Source of the DNA: a virus
Virus record (IMG/VR): IMGVR_UViG_3300030085_001980
Length of the DNA stretch: 64,000 nt
Strand: one strand, 5' to 3'
Below, piece by piece: positions 50,440 through 58,681 of this stretch; position 1 is the first letter of the stretch, and each line of letters starts with the position of its first letter. The notes below the pieces were generated by a model that was not told the DNA's origin, searched no databases, and saw only the letters and a list, made by a program, of their open reading frames with translations. The position numbers and the translations under genes are program-made.

Positions 50440-51389
50440 CAGTCTTCCTCTGCCAGTTTGGCGAAGTAACTCAGTGCGTCGTCTTCTTCAGCAACTCCTG
50501 CAGGTGCAGAAGCTTTTGCCTTTGCGAACGTGTCAACGTCCTCTGTCCACGCTGGACTGTTAGATCCAGTGATGTCAGGGGAGTTGAAGTTTCCACGTCC
50601 TTCGGACTCATCTTCCAGCGACTCGTCAACCACACGAGGTTGAACAGACTTGCCAAGGACAGTCTGGAGTCGTGTATCCAGTTCGTCGTAGTTCTTGAAG
50701 TTTGAGTCATCAGTGAACTCCTTGAGGGAATATGTACTGTTGTACACTTCCTCCAGGCGCTCGTCGTCGTATCCACCCAACGTACCAGGGGCAGCAAAGG
50801 TAGAGTCGTCGTAGTTCCAGTAACCTGCAACCTGCTTGATCTTCAGTTTGAAATCAGCACCAGTCCAAAGATCGAACGGGTCAATAGCGGGTTGCGGATC
50901 ATAATCATTCTCGTCTGGTTGCATACGAGCGGTAATCTTATCAAAGATACGCTTACCGAACTTATACAAGAAGACTTTACCTTCGTTCTCTGGATTCAGA
51001 GGGTCTTTAGCGACATAAATGTTTGCATAGTAGGACAGTTTGCGCTTTTGCTTACGTGCGACATCCTTATCGGACTCGCGACCAGCATTCCACAACGTAC
51101 TGTTGTGAGCGCACACAGGGCACTTCTCTCCTTTGGTTGTCGGGCAGTTCTCGATCAACCAACCACCTGGTCCTTGGAATGCGTGACTCCAGACCTGTGC
51201 CCAAGGCAGGTCGCTGTCACCCTGAGCGGGGAGAAAGCGAATGATGGCAAACCCGTTTCCAGATTTGTCAACCCCAGGTTTCCAGAGACGCTCGTCAGAT
51301 TGCTTACCGTTGCTGTTGAGTTTCTCCAACTGCTTGGTAAGTTTGCCGAGATTGGAACCAGAGGATTTCTTAAGGGATGCGAATGACAT
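50439..51389 (-). CDS. gp32: Single-stranded DNA-binding protein gp32
   Basis: MSFASLKK, DERLWKP..DKSGNG.A.IRFLP, HAFQGPGGW.IENC.TT....CPVC, acidic tail YF.KLAEE. Confidence 0.96.
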   Translation of the reverse strand: MSFASLKKSSGSNLGKLTKQLEKLNSNGKQSDERLWKPGVDKSGNGFAIIRFLPAQGDSDLPWAQVWSHAFQGPGGWLIENCPTTKGEKCPVCAHNSTLWNAGRESDKDVARKQKRKLSYYANIYVAKDPLNPENEGKVFLYKFGKRIFDKITARMQPDENDYDPQPAIDPFDLWTGADFKLKIKQVAGYWNYDDSTFAAPGTLGGYDDERLEEVYNSTYSLKEFTDDSNFKNYDELDTRLQTVLGKSVQPRVVDESLEDESEGRGNFNSPDITGSNSPAWTEDVDTFAKAKASAPAGVAEEDDALSYFAKLAEED

Positions 51390-51447
51390 AATTAGTCTTT
51401 TGTTGTGTGTTGTGTGTGTTGTGTACTACCCAATAAGGGTAACAGGA

Positions 51448-51789
51448 TTATTTAGCACTGTCAAGTTCTTTTCTCCAGGACTTGAGGCGCTTGGACATAT
51501 TTTCCAGGACATCGTTGATGCCTTGACCACCACTATACAGTGCGGTCATCTGGTCAATACGTATCTTGAGGTCTGCTGCTTCCTTGTCCTCCAATGACAT
51601 CAGAGACAGTCTAGCATAGAAGACCTTCTGTTTGGCAACCAATTCCATAGTCTTCTCAAGATGATCTCTCTTCTCCTGTTGACTCATCAATGGAAATCTG
51701 ATGGAGATGTCGTAGAGATCCTTGTACAGGGACTGCATATCGTGCAATTCCTGACGTACTACTTCTGAATGGTAAAACGGTTCGCTCAT
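51448..51789 (-). CDS. Conserved T4-like cyanophage protein (DUF1825-like)
   Basis: F..SEVV..EL..M..L, KQK+FY.RLSL..D.EA. Confidence 0.75.
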   Translation of the reverse strand: MSEPFYHSEVVRQELHDMQSLYKDLYDISIRFPLMSQQEKRDHLEKTMELVAKQKVFYARLSLMSLEDKEAADLKIRIDQMTALYSGGQGINDVLENMSKRLKSWRKELDSAK

Positions 51790-52031
51790 AGTGGGAGCAC
51801 TCCTCTCGATGTTTTCTTTACATAGTTGAGTTGTTGAGCGTTGTATTTGATCTTGTCTTTGAGAGGACGGGAGATAAGTTTGTTGACGGTCTCGACTTCG
51901 ATCTCGTACTCATCACAGACAACTACGACAGCATCGATGTAGTTCACGAGTCCATTACTATTCTTCACCACATCCTCTACAAGAGAGGAGAATTTCGATT
52001 GCGTCATAAATTTGTCTTGGAATTCTTTCAT
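51786..52031 (-). CDS. gp33: Late transcription coactivator gp33
   Basis: KFS..+E.+V......NYIDA+V..C+...IE+E.V.KLIS+PLK+K+K..A..LN. Confidence 0.9.
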   Translation of the reverse strand: MKEFQDKFMTQSKFSSLVEDVVKNSNGLVNYIDAVVVVCDEYEIEVETVNKLISRPLKDKIKYNAQQLNYVKKTSRGVLPL

Positions 52032-52696
52032 CTGTAAGAGGTATTAAAGTCGTGAATGTATTCTTGCAGAAGTTTATACAACTCATTCAAATTCCGTTTC
52101 TCAATCACTTGCATCGTACCGTCTTCGACGGCGATGATAGTTACAACTTTCTGTACTTCAACGCCACAACGTTCATAATACATTGCAGCATACGCTGCTT
52201 CTTGTACAAAGTAATTTTCGATCCAGGATTCCTGCTTGGGTTTTGTTGATGTCTTGAAGTCAATGACAGCAAGTTCACCATCAAACTCTGCTATGCAGTC
52301 AACACGACCAGCAATGCGAAGATGATCACTGAAGAGAGGAGCTTCCAACAAGTGAATGTTGTTGATCCTATCCAGCGTCTCAATGGCAGACCTAAAAAGA
52401 TAAGAAGCAAGAGGATGCGTTTCATCTTTAGGTAGACCTTCGTTCTTCAAATAACATTCTACCATACCGTGGAATTTATTGCCACGATTAGATGCTTGTG
52501 ATGAAATCTTGTTAGCTTTTTCTTCGCCAACACGCTTTCTCCACTTGAGGATCGAGTCTTTCTTCTTGTGACTTGTAATTGTGGTGATGGATGGGTACCA
52601 TCTACCTTCACTAACTTCATAGAGTCGCATTCCGCTGGTCTTTGTGACAGCGTTCAACTCAGTTAGCGGGACTGGAGGTCCCACCATTTTGAACAT
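52028..52696 (-). CDS. PD-(D/E)xK exonuclease
   Basis: YPSITTI, RGN.FH, AGRVDCIAE..G.L.VIDFKTS, YF+Q..AYA. Confidence 0.88.
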   Translation of the reverse strand: MFKMVGPPVPLTELNAVTKTSGMRLYEVSEGRWYPSITTITSHKKKDSILKWRKRVGEEKANKISSQASNRGNKFHGMVECYLKNEGLPKDETHPLASYLFRSAIETLDRINNIHLLEAPLFSDHLRIAGRVDCIAEFDGELAVIDFKTSTKPKQESWIENYFVQEAAYAAMYYERCGVEVQKVVTIIAVEDGTMQVIEKRNLNELYKLLQEYIHDFNTSYR

Positions 52697-52698
52697 AA

Positions 52699-53454
52699 TT
52701 AAAATCCTAGATTAATTTTGCTGACCAAGTATTCACGTACAAGACCAGAACGTACGATGTCTTCAATACCAAACTCAACGCAGTCGAATGATGGCATCGT
52801 GTTGAGGATCCTCATAAAGTCAAGGACTCCGTTCTTCTCGTTACTCTTGACCAGATCGGACTGGGTGTAGTCACCACTGAAGATGATCTTAGAATTCTGT
52901 CCGATACGTGTAATGATACTATCAAGTTCGTGAAAGTTCAAGTTACTGAACTCATCAACAATAACAATACAATCATCCAAAGTAGTACCACGGATGAAGG
53001 ATGTGGACCAGAACGAGATAGTTTCTTGTGCTCTCAGATTGTCGTACAACATATCAAATGCTGCATCGTCAGGCATCTGGAACATATACTTGACCATATT
53101 CTTATAGGGAATCTGGTACAAGTTACTCTTGTCTTCGTGGTCTCCAGGAAGGAAACCAATCTCCCTAGTAGGCACAAGAGAGCGAACCATATACACCTTC
53201 TCATAAGGAGAGGATGGTTCTAGTACGTCTTTCAATGCAAGATACAGACTGATGAATGTCTTACCAGTACCAGCGGCACCGTGCAAGACCAAGTGTTTGC
53301 CTTCAGCATATGATGTGAACACTCTCTCCTGATTATCAGTGAGAGGTTCGATCACCTTGAGGTGATCCATATTGATTGGTTTTTTTCGTCTCATCTGTTT
53401 CGCTGTCATACCAGAGGGAACAGGTGTCTTTCGCTTTCTTGGCGGCATAATCAA
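52699..53454 (-). CDS. phoH: PhoH-family ATPase
   Basis: G.AGTGKTF, RS.VPTREIGFLPG, SF+RG.T, DE.SN, GD..QSD, +VRSGLV. Confidence 0.95.
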   Translation of the reverse strand: MIMPPRKRKTPVPSGMTAKQMRRKKPINMDHLKVIEPLTDNQERVFTSYAEGKHLVLHGAAGTGKTFISLYLALKDVLEPSSPYEKVYMVRSLVPTREIGFLPGDHEDKSNLYQIPYKNMVKYMFQMPDDAAFDMLYDNLRAQETISFWSTSFIRGTTLDDCIVIVDEFSNLNFHELDSIITRIGQNSKIIFSGDYTQSDLVKSNEKNGVLDFMRILNTMPSFDCVEFGIEDIVRSGLVREYLVSKINLGF

Positions 53455-53681
53455 GTAAATCGGCTAAGGTTTGCACCAGGATGGGCTGACTGGATTTTCT
53501 GCATCACTTGCTTAAATCCATCGGACTGTTTTGGTTTTCCATATACAGTGGCAACATTTTGATTGCCAAAGTATCGTTCCAATTCAGGGTGCTCTTCTTT
53601 GTATTTATCGAGAGCAGCGATCGACATATAATTTGATGTGATCTCGCCAGTCTCTTTGTTAATCCATTCGTAGGTTGGCAT
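53451..53681 (-). CDS. FmdB-like small protein (Cys-less)
   Basis: MPTYEW.NKETGE N-terminus. Confidence 0.65.
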   Translation of the reverse strand: MPTYEWINKETGEITSNYMSIAALDKYKEEHPELERYFGNQNVATVYGKPKQSDGFKQVMQKIQSAHPGANLSRFT

Positions 53682-53902
53682 TAGTCTTTCATCCGTTCGT
53701 GTTCGATTTCTTTACGTATCCTATCTAGGTCTCGTTTAAGTTTGATCTCCATCCATTTCATTCTCATCTTCAGAAAAGCATAGCGAATCTCCATTGAGAT
53801 CCACATAGATAATCGTTCCACACCATCAGGACCAAACGCTGCAAGAAATACTGCAGCGAGTATTGCCGTGACGTAGAAACCGATGAGATAGGATGGAATC
53901 AT
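53681..53902 (-). CDS. Hypothetical membrane protein
   Basis: N-terminal hydrophobic helix. Confidence 0.65.
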   Translation of the reverse strand: MIPSYLIGFYVTAILAAVFLAAFGPDGVERLSMWISMEIRYAFLKMRMKWMEIKLKRDLDRIRKEIEHERMKD

Positions 53903-54609
53903 TAATCAATCCTCAGACAAGGTTGAAGGTCATCGTATTCATCAGGACAACCACATTCTTCTTCAGGTGGACACCAACCAAGTGCCTCTGAAACGATGGG
54001 GAACTGACAAACGAAATGTTTTTTACAGAGTTCTGCGATTTGCATATGCTCTTTCTGTGTGCCGTGACCAGTACGTAGATTAATATAATGGATCCACGAG
54101 CGAACTGATCCTGTCATCATCATTCTTGTCGGTACGGCGAGGGGAAGCACCATTCTTGCACACTCCTTTGCGATTCCCTCACGAAGAAGTTCATTGTACA
54201 AGTCCATACCTTCATAGAAGTATTGATGAATGCGACCCTGCAAGAACTTCTTCGTGTCTGCATCAACAGCATCGATAGAGTTCTGCCTGTTCTTAGTGTC
54301 CTGCAGTCTCAGATCAGGTACAGGAATCTCATTACCCATCAAAAGTCCTGCATCAGCATACCGCTGGGAAAACTCTTGATATGTGAAGCTACGGTGCCTC
54401 AAAATTTGAGCTCCGATTGCCCGTGATGTATTGATCTCAAGCGTCATAAATGCTTGCTCGAACACAGACCAATGCTCGTGCTCAATACAATACTTCAATA
54501 GACCAGCAACCTTAGGGTTGTCCTGGTTCTTGGGGTTGCTTACACGTGCAACATACCCCATAGTTTTTTCAGCATCAGGAGTGACGCTGATAAGGCAAAC
54601 TTTACTCAT
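53902..54609 (-). CDS. thyX: FAD-dependent thymidylate synthase
   Basis: HWSVFEQA, QILRHRSFTYQEFSQRY, ECAR.VLP, SW+HY+.LR. Confidence 0.96.
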   Translation of the reverse strand: MSKVCLISVTPDAEKTMGYVARVSNPKNQDNPKVAGLLKYCIEHEHWSVFEQAFMTLEINTSRAIGAQILRHRSFTYQEFSQRYADAGLLMGNEIPVPDLRLQDTKNRQNSIDAVDADTKKFLQGRIHQYFYEGMDLYNELLREGIAKECARMVLPLAVPTRMMMTGSVRSWIHYINLRTGHGTQKEHMQIAELCKKHFVCQFPIVSEALGWCPPEEECGCPDEYDDLQPCLRID

Positions 54610-54878
54610 CCTTTAAGAATCCTCACGATAGCAACCAAGCAAATTGCTTGGAAATAATTGATTGCCTTGATACCAAACAGTGCTGGCAAAGACCAGTTCC
54701 AGGTTAGCATAAGGACTAGAGGTGCTGCAAATACTGTGCCGAGAAAGGCACCAACCATTTCAGCAGTAACGTACTCTTTCTGTTCAGGAGTTTCCTCCTG
54801 CTCAAGTTCCGCTTTGATTTGTTCTTCCTCTTCTTTCTTAAGATTGAATTGGTAGATACTCATTTTGGTGGGGTCCAT
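54606..54878 (-). CDS. Hypothetical membrane protein
   Basis: LML.WNW.+P.LFG+..I.Y.QA motif. Confidence 0.7.
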   Translation of the reverse strand: MDPTKMSIYQFNLKKEEEEQIKAELEQEETPEQKEYVTAEMVGAFLGTVFAAPLVLMLTWNWSLPALFGIKAINYFQAICLVAIVRILKG

Positions 54879-55093
54879 ACTTTAGGGTTTGCTCGACCTT
54901 CTGCTTGCTTCATAGTGATAAACCCTTCACGATATTTATCGTAGTAGTAATCAAAAATGTCTACTTGTTTAGATGCCATAACCAGATCATAGTACGTGAT
55001 ACCATTATCTTTATATGTTACTAAGAAGCAAGTGGTTGGTAGAGATTTGTCATCCGCATCTTGCGGGGTGCAGTTCTGTTTAATAAATTTCAC
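54860..55093 (-). CDS. Conserved hypothetical protein
   Basis: LP....LV.Y......YD+V......IFD.YYD...GRANPK.W. Confidence 0.75.
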   Translation of the reverse strand: MKFIKQNCTPQDADDKSLPTTCFLVTYKDNGITYYDLVMASKQVDIFDYYYDKYREGFITMKQAEGRANPKVWTPPK

Positions 55094-55542
55094 TTCGTCG
55101 GTGCGGACCTACCACCCCAGTTGATCGTCGGAAATGCTTCCTTGACTACAGCGAGAGTGATACGGTACTTCTTCTGAAGTTTTTTATCCTTGACTAGACA
55201 GACTACCTCTGCCTCATCCTTGTACAATCCCTCTAGCATCTGAAGAAACATATTCTCCTTCTTAATACCAGGGATATTGTCGGCACCACCCTTGATGAAG
55301 TAGAAGAACTTACGTGCTTCAGTCTCCAGACGAGTGTGCTCTGTGCCCAAGGGGGCATCGTTAGGTTTGTAGGGAACCTCACCTTCAGGGAGGACGCTCT
55401 CTACACTGTCATCATAGTTCCAGATGAACAGGGATCGGAGTGCCTGACTATTATTTTCTCGCAGGATCCGAACTTTCTCTGCCTTCGTCTTGGCATTGTG
55501 TGCCTTCTGAAGGATCTCAGAAATCAATAGTTTCATTGCCAT
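55090..55542 (-). CDS. Conserved T4-like hypothetical protein (DUF6433-like)
   Basis: LLISEILQK....K.KAEK+.IL, LP.G.VPY.PN, +E.+F+Q+LEGL..DEA. Confidence 0.8.
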   Translation of the reverse strand: MAMKLLISEILQKAHNAKTKAEKVRILRENNSQALRSLFIWNYDDSVESVLPEGEVPYKPNDAPLGTEHTRLETEARKFFYFIKGGADNIPGIKKENMFLQMLEGLYKDEAEVVCLVKDKKLQKKYRITLAVVKEAFPTINWGGRSAPTK

Positions 55543-55544
55543 TG

Positions 55545-56423
55545 TTAAAACTCACTTACGTAATGTACTAAGTCATTCAGTTGATGCTCTACCATATAGG
55601 TAAAGATGTGCTTCCTACTAGGAGGATTTGCAGACTCATATGTATCTATAATCTTAGCGGAGATCTCTTCTGGGATGTAGTCAAAATCGATCAAGCGTTG
55701 ATTACGACGATAGTTCTCCATAGTTTCATCACTATAACAGAACTCTTCGGGAGACATTGTAGACCACCTTGCAATTTTAACCTTTGCTAGGGGTTTTTGT
55801 CTACGTCCCTCCACCAAACAAGAGTCATCGGATAAGAAGTTTGGGATACCGTCACTCCTATCACCCTTCATTACGTGTTCTGCAATGTAGAGTTTAGGAT
55901 CAAGTCCTTCAATGTACTTCTTGAGACAAGGATTGTACTGAGTAACGTACCCGTACCTCTTGAGTTGAATAAAATCTTTGTCACCAGACAGAATCAATGT
56001 CTTGACTGCTGGTTGCATATTGTTTTGTAGGCGGATGTTTGCAAGACCTTGGTGCTTACACAGCACAGCAATGATGTCATCTGCTTCTGCCCCATCAATC
56101 TCAAGAACCTTGTATGGAAGATGCTCTTTGAACTCTGCTTTGATTTTATTCAGGAGATCAAAGATGTTATCCCAGTTGTGCTTTGACTTAGCACGGTCTT
56201 TCTTCCTTGTACCTTTATAGTACGGGAAGACTTCACGTCGCCAGTAATGCTTACTGTCATAACATAAAACAAGTTCGCCATAGGTTTTGTAGAACTCCTT
56301 ACGGTATCCCCGTAGAGAGTTTAGAACCATATGACGAACCAGTCCTTCCTGCAGTTCCTCAGATTGATTGAGCGAGACCATAAGGTTCGCAATCATCACC
56401 TGATTCATATCGACCAGGATCAT
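55545..56423 (-). CDS. rnh: T4-type RNase H (5'-3' exonuclease)
   Basis: MILVDMNQ, WRR.VFPYYK..RK, EADD+IA, ILSGDKDFIQL, GD.SDGIPN. Confidence 0.93.
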   Translation of the reverse strand: MILVDMNQVMIANLMVSLNQSEELQEGLVRHMVLNSLRGYRKEFYKTYGELVLCYDSKHYWRREVFPYYKGTRKKDRAKSKHNWDNIFDLLNKIKAEFKEHLPYKVLEIDGAEADDIIAVLCKHQGLANIRLQNNMQPAVKTLILSGDKDFIQLKRYGYVTQYNPCLKKYIEGLDPKLYIAEHVMKGDRSDGIPNFLSDDSCLVEGRRQKPLAKVKIARWSTMSPEEFCYSDETMENYRRNQRLIDFDYIPEEISAKIIDTYESANPPSRKHIFTYMVEHQLNDLVHYVSEF

Positions 56424-56426
56424 AAG

Positions 56427-56657
56427 TTAGTCGTCGTCTTCATCGTCAATAATACCAGAGTCATCATCAAAACGCAAGTAGAGAAGTTCTTCTTGATTGA
56501 CATTCCCATCTGCATCTAGCATTTCTGGGTGCGTAATCGCCTTTGAGTACGCTGCGTTGTCAATGAACGCCTCAATGTAATCCTTTGCCATCCAGAAGAA
56601 CATACCTCCTAGAAGGAACGCTCCAATCAGAGCGAAAACATAAACCGCAATTAACAT
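56427..56657 (-). CDS. Conserved membrane-anchored hypothetical protein
   Basis: TM helix followed by HPEMLD.DG...EEL.Y.RF and an acidic tail. Confidence 0.75.
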   Translation of the reverse strand: MLIAVYVFALIGAFLLGGMFFWMAKDYIEAFIDNAAYSKAITHPEMLDADGNVNQEELLYLRFDDDSGIIDDEDDD

Positions 56658-56726
56658 CGGTCTTCCTCCTTACTTTACTTTGGTGACATAACGAAACTAG
56701 ATAGTCGTCTCCTTGTATATTCGAGA

Positions 56727-57071
56727 CTATTTAGTTTTTTTCTTTCTACCTGGGCGACGATCTTGTTCGTACTTCCAGGCGTCTTCAAGCATACCATACA
56801 GATGTTTATACACCTTACGTGCCTGAGGTTTGGAGAGATAACCGTACGCTTCTTTGACCGTCTTGTCACCTCCCTTGATGTATTTTTCTAGATCATAACA
56901 AGTGATAGACAAGTTCGCTGCGGTAGATGATTCAATGAACAACGTACACTCTTTACGAGTGAACTTCTGGTTCAACATATGAGGGTAGATCTTCATAAGA
57001 AACCTACCCTCCATTGCGTGATCCAGTGCTCGTTCAACCAACTCACATAGTTCGTCTACTTTCTCACTCAT
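56727..57071 (-). CDS. Conserved hypothetical protein
   Basis: EAYGYL.KPQARK...LY......W.Y...R+PGR+KK. Confidence 0.75.
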   Translation of the reverse strand: MSEKVDELCELVERALDHAMEGRFLMKIYPHMLNQKFTRKECTLFIESSTAANLSITCYDLEKYIKGGDKTVKEAYGYLSKPQARKVYKHLYGMLEDAWKYEQDRRPGRKKKTK

Positions 57072-57076
57072 AACTG

Positions 57077-57325
57077 TCAAATCAGTCCCCTCTTTTTGAA
57101 CTCGGAAATGGACTCATTGCAACCACCAGTTGATTGACCATCAACAATCAGTTGTGGGAACGTTGCCGACCCACCGAACTGACCGTGGAACTGGTCTCTG
57201 GTGAAGTTCTCATTGAGTACCAACTCACGATAACTCCATCCTTTGATTTTGTAAACCTCTTTGATCTTGGTGCAGAAAGGGCAACCAGGTTTGGTGTAGA
57301 TAGTTGTGCTCTTTGGTGCTGACAT
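57077..57325 (-). CDS. grx: Glutaredoxin
   Basis: IYTKPGCPFC.K+K, TFPQL, GGC.E; start reassigned to MSAPKS. Confidence 0.9.
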   Translation of the reverse strand: MSAPKSTTIYTKPGCPFCTKIKEVYKIKGWSYRELVLNENFTRDQFHGQFGGSATFPQLIVDGQSTGGCNESISEFKKRGLI

Positions 57326-57327
57326 AA

Positions 57328-57948
57328 TTAATACAAGTGTACGTTGAACGCGATTGAATAACGATTGAGGTCTGTGTTGTTCTTCTCGGTGGCGTGTTCC
57401 AACCAAGAAGGAAACAGTATAACCGACTGAGGTGTCGGTTCAAAATAGATCCCTTCCTCTGTCCCAAACATACACATTTTAGAATATGGATTGGGATTAT
57501 AGAATAGGATACCACCCATCTCAGGTGTAGTACGGTGATAGTAAACACCAGATACCTGATGCCCTGCGTGGGTATGACGAACCTGTGCCTTGCCTTTAGG
57601 GCAAACATTTATCCACGATTGGGATATTGTCCAGGCACCTTTCAATGGTTCTATATATGCTGAAGCACTATCAGGAACGGGCAGCTTCGTATTTGATACG
57701 TAATGCTCTACCGCTTCACCTAAGAAAGTTTCTAACTTAGGCATCGGATGCTTCTTAAACAGTTGTAGGAGGTGCTGCTTAGCGTGAGTGCCGTGCAAAG
57801 TTTCCTGCATAGCATAAGGAGACAGGTAAGAACTGTGTTGCCAGTCCCCTGTCTCCTCTAGGTAAGAGATTGTACTATCAACCTCTTCAATGATTGCAGG
57901 ATCCGTGTGTTGTTGAGGATAAATTTGTGTTGGAAATAGGTCGATCAT
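57328..57948 (-). CDS. 2OG-Fe(II) oxygenase (HxH-type)
   Basis: SWINV...HTH....SGVYY...FPSWLEH...RYSIAFN. Confidence 0.9.
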   Translation of the reverse strand: MIDLFPTQIYPQQHTDPAIIEEVDSTISYLEETGDWQHSSYLSPYAMQETLHGTHAKQHLLQLFKKHPMPKLETFLGEAVEHYVSNTKLPVPDSASAYIEPLKGAWTISQSWINVCPKGKAQVRHTHAGHQVSGVYYHRTTPEMGGILFYNPNPYSKMCMFGTEEGIYFEPTPQSVILFPSWLEHATEKNNTDLNRYSIAFNVHLY

Positions 57949-58108
57949 CCCAATGGCGGATCACCCCGCTGACAATAAAACAATTAGTGACAAGGTAAGA
58001 GACAAATAGAATAGTACGTACACCGCATATGTAATTGTCATAGGGTTCTGTCTTGTCATCAGAAAAACTACCGAGCGAATACTTCCATATCCGCAGTAAC
58101 TTCTTCAC
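57887..58108 (-). CDS. Small membrane hypothetical protein
   Basis: IWKYSLGSFSD.KT..YDN.+...RT motif. Confidence 0.75.
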   Translation of the reverse strand: MKKLLRIWKYSLGSFSDDKTEPYDNYICGVRTILFVSYLVTNCFIVSGVIRHWDDRPISNTNLSSTTHGSCNH

Positions 58109-58298
58109 GATCTTCGATACTTAATAGTTTACCCTTAAGATCATACAGTAGTTTCTTTGTCGTTGTCAATACATAGTGTCCAGTCAATGACTTACCATTG
58201 TCACACCAACCATATGCGACAATGTGTTCTCCTGCATCTTCCCACACGAGACGCTCGTTATGCATATAGTGACCGTATCGTTCGTGAAGATTAATCAT
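58068..58298 (-). CDS. Hypothetical protein
   Basis: MINLHERYGHY...AYGW.D.G. Confidence 0.7.
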   Translation of the reverse strand: MINLHERYGHYMHNERLVWEDAGEHIVAYGWCDNGKSLTGHYVLTTTKKLLYDLKGKLLSIEDREEVTADMEVFAR

Positions 58299-58473
58299 TC
58301 CAGGAGATCTCCTCATACTTACGACGACAATAGTTAATGCAGTCATCACGATACATCATTAGTTCGTGATAACACTTCTGTTCGTGTGCGTCTGCTCTTA
58401 GTTCAGAGTTCGGTTCGATCAGACTCTCTATCAGAAGACTCATCCCCCTCAACTTCTGTTCCTTTGTCGCCAT
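58291..58473 (-). CDS. Hypothetical protein
   Basis: Start reassigned to MATKEQKL. Confidence 0.6.
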   Translation of the reverse strand: MATKEQKLRGMSLLIESLIEPNSELRADAHEQKCYHELMMYRDDCINYCRRKYEEISWND

Positions 58474-58681
58474 CAGCATCCCCCTGTGGTTGTTCCATAA
58501 CATTATATATGGAATCGTCTAGGCGAGCAAGTTCTCCTAACGTAGATTTATAATATCTACTGATTCTCTTAATCTTTTTCCGAAGTTTCTTGGGGTCCTC
58601 TTTGGACTCTTGTATTGCATTGGTAAGAGACTTGAGTTCCTTGTGGGACTTTGCAAGTCTCCTATCCCAAAATCCTGTCAT
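58403..58681 (-). CDS. Hypothetical coiled-coil protein
   Basis: ORF track; start overlaps upstream stop. Confidence 0.65.
   Translation of the reverse strand: MTGFWDRRLAKSHKELKSLTNAIQESKEDPKKLRKKIKRISRYYKSTLGELARLDDSIYNVMEQPQGDADGDKGTEVEGDESSDRESDRTEL

Noticed and set aside
51436-51464. sigma70 promoter for gp32 (TTGACA-17-TACCCT)
   Set aside because: The -10 box is poor; kept only as context for the leader finding.
52028-52696. Exonuclease as a Cas4/CRISPR component
   Set aside because: It lacks the four-Cys cluster motif, sits in its standard core position between phoH and gp33, and there is no array.
56675-56869. 64-aa minus-strand ORF
   Set aside because: It is an out-of-frame overlap with 56727-57071 and has no RBS or motif.
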